A stretch of DNA of 57,107 nucleotides, the filler included, from Sphacelaria rigidula (lineage: Eukaryota), in NCBI GenBank assembly GCA_964200075.2. It is 7 parts of 7 records of this genome, joined end to end, with 100 filler letters (N's around TTAATTAATTAA, not from the genome) between each part and the next. Parts side by side here need not be neighbours in the genome. Positions count along the whole stretch, not along the records: positions 49,037 to 57,107 come from CAXNAA020012407.1; 6 more parts are not named here. One strand, given 5' to 3'. Under the pieces are notes generated by a model. The model had not been told where the DNA came from, did not search any database, and saw only the letters and a program-made list of their open reading frames with translations. Positions 49,088-57,107 of this stretch are shown here, one piece after another (position 1 is the stretch's first letter; the number at the start of each line of letters is the position of its first letter). The position numbers were made by a program, and so were the translations under genes.

Positions 49088-50418
49088 GAATGATGTGCGT
49101 GAAAAATCCGTAGCGGAAACGGCCAAAATGGCGTGTTTGGCTGTTTTCGCATTTCTAGCCATTTTTTTGTACATTTCTTAGGCAAAAAACGAGAAGGTAT
49201 ACCTCTTGTAGGCCATTGCCCAAAATGTTTACTCGCTGAGTGTATATTCTTGGAAAAAGTCGTAGTGTCACTTTTCGATGTCGAGACTAGTTGAATTGGT
49301 TGTTTTTTCTGCTACTTTTCTGGCTCCATGTTTTTGCACAGGCGTGATTTTCCTCTAGGTGCGCTGGACAGCCGCATTTGATTTCCCCCCGGCTGCTATA
49401 ATATCTTGCCACGACGATTTCTTGTCACGACGCTCACTTTTAGTACTTCACTCGAAGTGCAAGTTGCCGTGGGGCCCCTTGTTATGGTCCGGAAAAAAAA
49501 GTCTCTCAGGAAGGTGTCTTTCGGCCCTTCTGCGTCGTTTCACGCCCGAGAAGAGGGCTGGACGAGTTTGACACCTCGGAATGATTGTCTGTACTCATTA
49601 AGACGGTTTCGGCACGCCTTTTCGTCTTCAGGTGGCCCAGTAATTGTTTTGGCCAGAACGGCAATTTCTTGCAAAAAACGGCGAAACATTCAGGGAGAGT
49701 TCGTTTTTTTGGCACAATTTCGTGCCTACGGCGTTTTCAGGTGGTGAACGCGGAAAATGCCTAATTCGCTACAAGGTCGAACTGCGTTGCCGGAAAACGC
49801 AAGAACGTGTCGGAATCTTCTCGGACAGTGCGTTACAGTGCATTACACTACCAGGAATTGAAAATACGATTTACGCAGCTCTTGTTCGTGGAAATTATCT
49901 GCCCGTGGTTATGCCCAACGTTTGTCTCCACCTGTACAGCATTTGGTTACGGTCTCCCTCGCTTATATCGGGTGACGGTCAAGTGCGTGTGAAGGCAGGC
50001 TTATGTAGTGTCACCAGGGCTCATGGCGCGTCGAAGTACTGCCTGATACCCACGTGTAACGAAACCCGTCTACACAGCTCATAGAAACGCGTATGTGCGA
50101 TGTACTACTCAGTACATCATTTATGTTGTCCACTTTGTTACTGTTTTTGTTGTGACTTTTGTTTTGTTTCATTATTCCACAGCCCCTGTGCAACCGGTTA
50201 TAATAGCGAGACTGCAGACTGCGAGGCGGTCGCCGAATCGCCGACAAAATACTACTGCTGTATTGTATCGTTTGAAAATGAAACGCACGCGCGTAATGGC
50301 GGAATTCTTGTTTCTGAAACGCCTCGTGACGTGTGTCCATGTAGAAATTGGCCTGATTTTTTGTCATCAGGCAAGTATAACTTGACGCTCTCGTGCCCTC
50401 CGTTGCTTGCATTCAAAG

Positions 50419-52246
50419 GTGCGACCGGCCAAAGAAGCTGACTTCGAGGCGGTTGCAAACCTTCGCACGGTGATCGTGCCCGTAGGCATGGATGGAGCGG
50501 CGGGGTTCATGGGAAACAAGATCATCATTGATGATCCAGTAGAGGCTAAGAGGCGACGTCTGATGGCAAAAGTGAGGGTTGTGGTTTCTGGGCGTGCCCT
50601 TTGGTGTTCTCTTCTGTGACAGGGTGCAAAAAGGCGTTTTTCGCTCCTCCTTTCATTTACGTCTTGTTATAGTGCTGTACAAAACCGCATCATTCCGGTA
50701 AAATAGGATACACGGGCTGGGCCAGCTTTGCATGACCGTTTTCAAGCGTTGAACGCTAAAATTTTGACACAAGGTTTATACCATCACGGCGTAAAAACGT
50801 GCTGCGGGAGCCAAAAGAGAGAAAAAGAACAGCAAACTAGAGCCAGAGAAGGATTCTGCGAAAAAGTCGAAATTCCAGAGTTCAAATATATGCATACTTG
50901 CGTTTTTGGCTACCGCAGTAAATTTGGCGCGTTGATGTGTACAGCGCACGCGTAAACTTTCAGCTCAGAACTCCTCAAAGTAGGCGTTTTATTCCACGTG
51001 TTGTGTGACACCGTTGCACCCCGTCGTCTAGCTGGCTTAAGACACTTCCATAAGGACAGAAGGTGCCGACTCCGAATCCCGACATATTCGTTTTTTTCTT
51101 GCAGAATCTGGCTCCGACGTTGAGTTCATACACTATGCAGTACGCTTTTTTTAGCGGCAGAGGGTGCATCAGCAGGTCGGTCTGTACTTCACAGCGATAT
51201 AACTCCATCAGGTTAATTCGGGAAAGTGGAAAAGTACATTTTGTGCTCGAAAAATGTGAGCCGTTAGCCTGGCCCAGCTCGTATGTATATACACATAAAT
51301 ACTTGCAAGGTAAACCATGTAAGAAGCATGTTAATGGTCAAGCTTCAAGCAGCAACCAGGACATGAACTTTCTGCGCCGCTCACACAAAAGGCAGGCATA
51401 GAGGGGCGCTCGAAGTGCGTATTTCCCGAATTATCCCCAAAAGACCCGCGCGTGTTCTGCTGTCCTGAGTTCCGCAGGCTGGCCGTGTTTGAGTATAGCG
51501 TTTTTTTCGGACGCATTAATGTTTCCACCACGAGTCTGAAGGAGACCCCGCTTGCCCATGCTTTTTGTCCCTCTTCCTTACTCATTGGGGCGGGGGGGGG
51601 GTTGTGTCGTTTCTCGTCTTGTTCCTTACTCTTGCTCTGAACCCCGAAGGTGGCTGATCTGATCAGCGGCGAAACGGTAGCCCTCATCGCAATAGGGGGC
51701 GGTAAAAATAAAAACGTCATGGGCGCAGTCGACTGCAGCATTACTGAATCTACCGTTGTAGGCGCCAGTGGCGACAAGGGGACGTCGGGGACGGCGGCTG
51801 AGAAGGCTTTGGTAACAGACGGAGGAAGGCATCACAGCGAGCGACGGCAAAAATCAGGATCGAGGAGCGGAAACCCGGCGCCACAGCCGGTAGATGGCCG
51901 CGCGCGAACGGACGCCCGGAACGGTTCCGAGAATGCCACGAGGAAATTATTTCGAAAGGCGGAGTGTAGATCAAAACAAGTTTTTGTGGAGAACCTGTTC
52001 GTGCTGCCTGAGCATAGGGGAAGGGGGGTTGGGAGGGAGCTTGTCAAGGGCGTGGAGACGTTCGCGCGAAGTAGAGGGGCGAAGACGATATACATGGAGG
52101 TCGCGCGGAGTAACACTTCTGCCATCAATTTATATCGGAGTTGTGGATATGAGGCAGGTGGAGGGGTAGGCGGGGAGGACACGATTGGGGGTATGTTGAT
52201 GAAGATTTTGGGCATGGGTAACATTTATATGTCCAAAAACGTGTGA
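50419..52246 (+). CDS. GNAT-family N-acetyltransferase, 5'-partial. Exons 50419-50571 and 51650-52246; possible upstream exon 49940-49982
   Basis: VRPAKEADFEAVANLR (GNAT beta1) splices in phase 0 to the final exon, which has motif A VENLFVLPEHRGRGVGRELV, motif B EVARSNTSAINLYRSCGY and a TGA stop. Confidence 0.9.
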
Positions 52247-53199
52247 TGAGGTCATGTGCCGCGAAAGACCTTGGCTATGTCTGCTCCACGGCGCGACAGT
52301 ATTCCAAACCCATTTTTCGTATGGACGAGTACGGCGGTACCGACGTCATATCGGAGGCGTGTCGACTGACACATGCGTTCATGGCTAGTAAGTAGCACCG
52401 GTAGCTGTAGACACAAAAATCCGGTAAATTTGTCAACCCCGGTACGCGGTCGATCATTTGACATGAAGTACGGCATAATTGCGTCCCCAACTCGTAGCCA
52501 CCCAGTGACCCTCCATACGTGAATGAAATATGATGACAGTACTAGAGAACAGGTCAACGCGGAGAGTCAGGTCACTACATGCCAGTGACACTTTCTCACA
52601 GATATTGCAAGCACGTGTGGTAGATCATGAAGCTTCATTGATTGAGTAATTGATTCATTGTCGCACATTAACTCAACCCCCAGATAGTCATGACCCAGTC
52701 ATGGTCATTATCCACATGATAGACGCACCCGACATGTTACAAAACGGAAACGCTTTCTGAAGAAAAGTGGAGAAAAGTGAAGAAAAGCGACGGGAAAAAA
52801 CGGACAGAGTGAACTGACAAAACAAACAAAATAGGAATGGCTAGCCTCTGCAACATGGCTTCGGTGGAAAAGGTCTTGCTCAAAAAGCATACTCCTCGAA
52901 AAACAAGTAGTAGGAACAGATTGTGGTTACTTCGACCGCATTATTCGGGTATGAAGCCTGAGAGAGAACGGGAACGAGGGGACAAAGGAGACAGCAGGGG
53001 TGATGAAACCCAACAGGATACAGTAGAGCAGATACACACACCGGGGTATACCCCTAGACCACCTACCAACGACAAGACCAACGATAATCAATGATACGGA
53101 AGTACAGGGGTAAATCAATTTCCGTGTAAGCTCAGCTCCTCGCGTCCATCCCTAGTCGGGTACAAAGCGGGGCATTCTCACGGCCATTTTTCATGATGG

Positions 53200-54300
53200 A
53201 TTCCTCGCGGCTGTTGCAATTGTTGTGCTTGTGGTGGCAGCTCTCCCATTGGCGACTCTCGACGCGGCAGCCTCTCGTTTGTGATGGCTGTCCGATTCGC
53301 GTTTGTCTTCACGTCTTCACGTATCCTCGAACTTCCACCCCTATCAACTCCAAGATGCAATTTGCCCATGTTCTTCGCCGCAGTGACCCGATCACGTGCG
53401 TCGTTTTCCTCTACACCGCAGACGCACCATTTCCGCCGCGCTCCTTTGCGTGGTAAGGCCTCTAGAGCATGTGGATTCATGTAGGTTCTCCGGAAGGTTG
53501 TCCCCCCAGTGTTTGATGTGCAGGTAAGTAGAAAGTTGACTCCCACTGCTCTCATCTTGCTCAGTGACTGGACTCCTACAGCTATGCGCTGAGAGATGAG
53601 ATTGATACCTTTACATACTGTTTTCACTTATTTTTTTTTGTCGCACTTTGACCCCCCCTCCCTCCTCGGGACGACTTCGTGGTCTCAAGGGATCAACATC
53701 GCTCCAATAGGCGAACATTTACCTCTTCACACAGCGATCCATTTGATGTACAACTATAGTAGAAACGGGGCGTGCGCCCACTCGAAGAACTTTCGCCAGA
53801 AACAAATGGGTGTAGCAATTTTCGTTCGTCCGGAGTGCCGCCGCGGTTACCAGCCCAACGCTACGCTTACCGCGTAGACTCGCCAGACTCAATGTCCTCG
53901 TCGCAAGGTGAGTGATAGCTGGAAGCACGACCAACGCTTCACCTCTTGCGCTTGACGCTGGCAATGGCAAGGCGAGCGACCTTGATCCCATAGTGTGCAC
54001 TTTTCGACTGTGCTCACAATAGCACCGGCGCAGAGTTGCCATTCAAAACCCGCACCCTGGTCGCGAGGCCGGTGATATCTTCCGTCGAACCCAACGAGGA
54101 CATCCCCTGTGCTCATAAATAGCGCAGCCACAGCAAGATGGTCCCACCGCGCGGGCGACGATAGCCGAGGGCGAGACCTTCGAAACCAACGTTATCTTCG
54201 TGTGCAAGAGGTAGCAACGGCTTAGAACGTAGCAACGGCTTAGAACGTAGCAACGGATTGAGTTTGACATCCAAGCTCCCAAAAATACATACTTCAAATA
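53200..54300 (-). mobile_element. Fragments of a decayed RTE-like LINE 3' region
   Basis: KYVFLGA (~54290) and GARRKWCVCG...TAAKNMGKLHLGVDRG (~53440-53340) resemble the RTE ORF2 C-terminus. Confidence 0.45.
54211..54256. repeat. 18-bp tandem repeat, 2.5 copies
   Basis: GTAGCAACGGCTTAGAAC x2 + GTAGCAACGG. Confidence 0.95.
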
Positions 54301-55917
54301 ACTTGAAAATTTACTCGAGTTCTCGGGGAAACCTCAACTTATGAGCAGCGGCAAGTATCCCCCATCATAACTTGGGGAGGCGTAGATCATCCAGATACGT
54401 CCAAATATCGTCTGCCTGGAACAGATTGACACCTTTTCCCTCCGAAACGAGCAATATCTAGCAGTTTTAGAAATCGCGCATAGTCATTCTTTTTTTAATG
54501 GTGTCACGTCCGGTATCCATCGTTAGACCATGTTCTAGCACTCAGTCTCTCAACCTCTCGACAGTCCTCTGTTTTCACCCATTACTGGCTTATACCATCA
54601 CGCGAGAAGGTGGGAGATGACTTAGTATAGAAAATGCCTACAATTCACATTTATCAGCGAAATGGAGCAGTTGCTGCATCCGTCGCTGTAACCCACGACG
54701 TTTTTCAGGAGGCTGAGAGCAAAGTATTAAAAGAAAACATGCCAAATTTGTTGTCCTTATGAACTAGGTTTCTCTTCACATTCGCTGGCACTATCAAGTA
54801 GTTCGCGACACACGATAAACAGAGATACGTCAACTCCACGTGAGTCGTCTGGTGGCGAGTTACCCTTATACACGAATCAACGTGTCCTGAACGAAGGATA
54901 GGCGACGGAACGCCATCATTGAGAGATACTAAAATTCCACCAATCCATTATTATACTGGCTAAAAGGACAACAGCGTGCCACGCATCGCTGAAAGCCCGT
55001 ATGTTCCTAACACGCCAGCTCTGAAAAACTACTTTTCATGGCAAATACTCTTTCCTCTAGACATGAAGAAACAACAATACTCTTTATTGGGTGAGCAGGG
55101 TGCTGCCCACTCGGGGTAACAGAGGAACGGAGGGAACACTTGAAAATTCAAGGCGACTGGGGATTTCAGTTGCAACTTGAAAACACAGCAACTTTCCCAC
55201 TTCGTACAAGCGGCACACCCCGTACCCTTACTCTCCAAACAAACAAAAACACCATGAACTGAGATGCATGTCATAATCCACACAAAAAGAATAGACATTC
55301 CCAGCCATTCACGATCATGGGTTCACTATAAACGATTACAAACAAGTTGTTACAAAGCATTACCGACCAGGTTTTGAACGCATGCAAAAGAAGGGATCGG
55401 CTGTTTCTACAGCCGTTCTTCAGCGACACCACCAATACAAGACATTGACAAAAAACATTTGCACTGACCCCATCCTCAGTCCGATGTATCAGATCCGCTG
55501 TCACCAGACACAGCTCCATGAACAAGTGGTTCGTGGTTGTATAGTAGTCCGGCCCGCTACCTCAACCCATACAAAAAATGGTACTCAACTGTATGACTTG
55601 TACATGAGGGTCTGTTTACTAGATTCGATCACGAGATACTGTCCATCCTTAGACCCTTACTCGGCCGCCCGTTGCCTCCGATTTTTCGCTAGACACGGTC
55701 GTGATTTCAGCTGGTTTTCTAGTTTCAACGTCGCAAACATTCTCTCGCACATACCCCACTCTTGTGTCACTTTCTCTCTTTGTCCTTTCTCGAAGTAGTA
55801 ACGGTTGAACAACCCAGAAAAATGCGATACAGGCTTCGCCTTCGGAAGGAACACAACTGCAGTATTTTCATGAGCTCGAGTCACTGATAACTAGCACGAC
55901 TGCTATACCTCGCGGCA

Positions 55918-56933
55918 CTACACCCCGTACACGCGAGCCATGGACTCTACCTCGTCCATTCCTATGTAGCATCCAACCATTTTTCTCGTTCCCTGCGAAA
56001 ACAGCACGACATATAGAGCAAAGAGTCGACCGTGGACACGAGGAGATGAGCTTAGAAGAAATCATGTATGAACACTGTGGGACCCCATCTCGCCAGGTTG
56101 CAAATGTTCTCGGGAGCGGTCACTGCTCGCCAAGGTGAGAAAAGGAAAACAAGGCGATTGCACTTATTTAAAGTTCATTTTCAAGAAAATCTTCGGCAGC
56201 AGGTGACGATAACAAGTTGGCTGTAAGTGCACACCTGGATTGACATAGACATGATGCCTGCGGGGTGATTTGCGTGCGTCTGTCAGTAATCTTCACGTGA
56301 GCTTCGTGATATGTTTGCTCTTCTTCATCGAATGAAAATGGCTGGGGAGAATATTTGTTGAAAGGAACACTTCCCACAAGCGTGTGAAGAGAACTAAAAA
56401 CCGCTCCACACAGAGGAGCTATCTGTAGGACCCTCCTTTACGGCGTCACAAGGTCGTGAAACGGAGTCCGACCTTGATCACCGCAAAGAAACGCACCAGC
56501 AATAGCAAAGGGGGCCGCAAAAATGACAACGGACCCGACAAAACTGCAGTGCCGCTATTGTAGCACGGAGTATCTCCGGACAGCACGTGTAAAGGTGGGG
56601 GTCCAAACGCGGGAAAGCTGAATGTTTTGCACGAAACTCGGCAATGCCATCCTCATCGCCCAGTCGACTGTGAAAGTTACCCCCGAATCCCACTTGCTTA
56701 TAGAGCAAGGAGGTTCATGAATAGGAGTATGGTTTGAACAATACCCGAAACAGGGACTAGCTTCCACAGGAGTCGGTAGAGGGCCGGACACCCTCCTCAC
56801 AATACCATTAGTTCACACGACTTCCATCCTTCACCTCACCTGGAATCCTTCCCTCCCGTGGAGCACCCTTTGGTTATTCAGAATCACAGTCTCTCCGGGC
56901 TTGAGCAGGATACGAGCTACCATAGAGGGGTCC
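55918..56933 (-). CDS. TauD/TfdA-family Fe(II)/2-oxoglutarate dioxygenase (gamma-butyrobetaine/trimethyllysine dioxygenase-like), last two exons: 56933-56840 and 55992-55918
   Basis: DPSMVARILLKPGETVILNNQRVLHGREGFQ | GTRKMVGCYIGMDEVESMARVYGV*. This is the hallmark N.RVLHGR...R...G.Y...D C-terminus, with a GT-AG phase-0 intron. Confidence 0.9.
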
Positions 56934-56967
56934 CTAGTGCACACGAAAAGGATATGGATAGAGAACA

Positions 56968-57088
56968 GGGTGGGGGGTGAGTGGGCGTACTTATTTGTTG
57001 CTGGCCTTAGTCGTTTGATCATTGACCACGCATCCCTTTCGAGACGGAGCCCCGTTCCTACTCCTAGTAGAGTCACCTTCAACATTCC
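56968..57088 (-). mobile_element. 3' fragment of the C-tailed LINE family inside the TauD-gene intron
   Basis: GGGCGTACTTATTTGTTGCTGGCCTTAGTCGTTTGATCATTGACCACGCATCCCTTTCGAGACGGAGC matches the 24720 and 38080 copies. Confidence 0.85.
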
Positions 57089-57107
57089 GGGGGGGGGGGG
57101 GGGGGGG

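Noticed and set aside
43960..56933. Functional cluster of PMP-like, GNAT and TauD genes
   Set aside because: The PMP-like gene is on a different contig. GNAT and TauD are merely convergent neighbours with no evidence of shared function.

Overview
Repeat-rich, intron-containing eukaryotic DNA. It is most consistent with a brown alga or other stramenopile; this is inferred from gene and repeat style, not proven. The window is not one locus. It is seven ~8.07-kb contigs (8074, 8073, 8073, 8072, 8072, 8072, 8071 bp) concatenated in decreasing length with 100-bp N44-TTAATTAATTAA-N44 linkers, so adjacency across gaps is artificial. Host genes reconstructed by manual splicing are all partial: (i) six exons of a single-pass membrane protein with PMP-like GGA(I/V)/FxxN beta-helix repeats (minus, 43960-48381); (ii) a GNAT acetyltransferase (plus, ~50419-52246); (iii) the last two exons of a TauD/gamma-butyrobetaine-dioxygenase-family gene (minus, 55918-56933); (iv) two phase-compatible orphan exons (17546-17688, 23605-23742). 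The rest is mostly transposon material: two Ty1/copia elements, a decayed RTE LINE, six copies of a LINE 3' end terminating in a C-rich rather than poly(A) tail, tRNA-derived SINEs, piggyBac-like hairpin MITEs, a decayed P-element-like transposase, a possible tyrosine-recombinase remnant, a ~2.1-kb foldback and several minisatellites. I found no intact novel multi-gene system. The best leads are the poly(C)-tailed LINE family, the P-like transposase, the PMP-like receptor/adhesin and a decayed gene with an unrecognised ~31-aa repeat.
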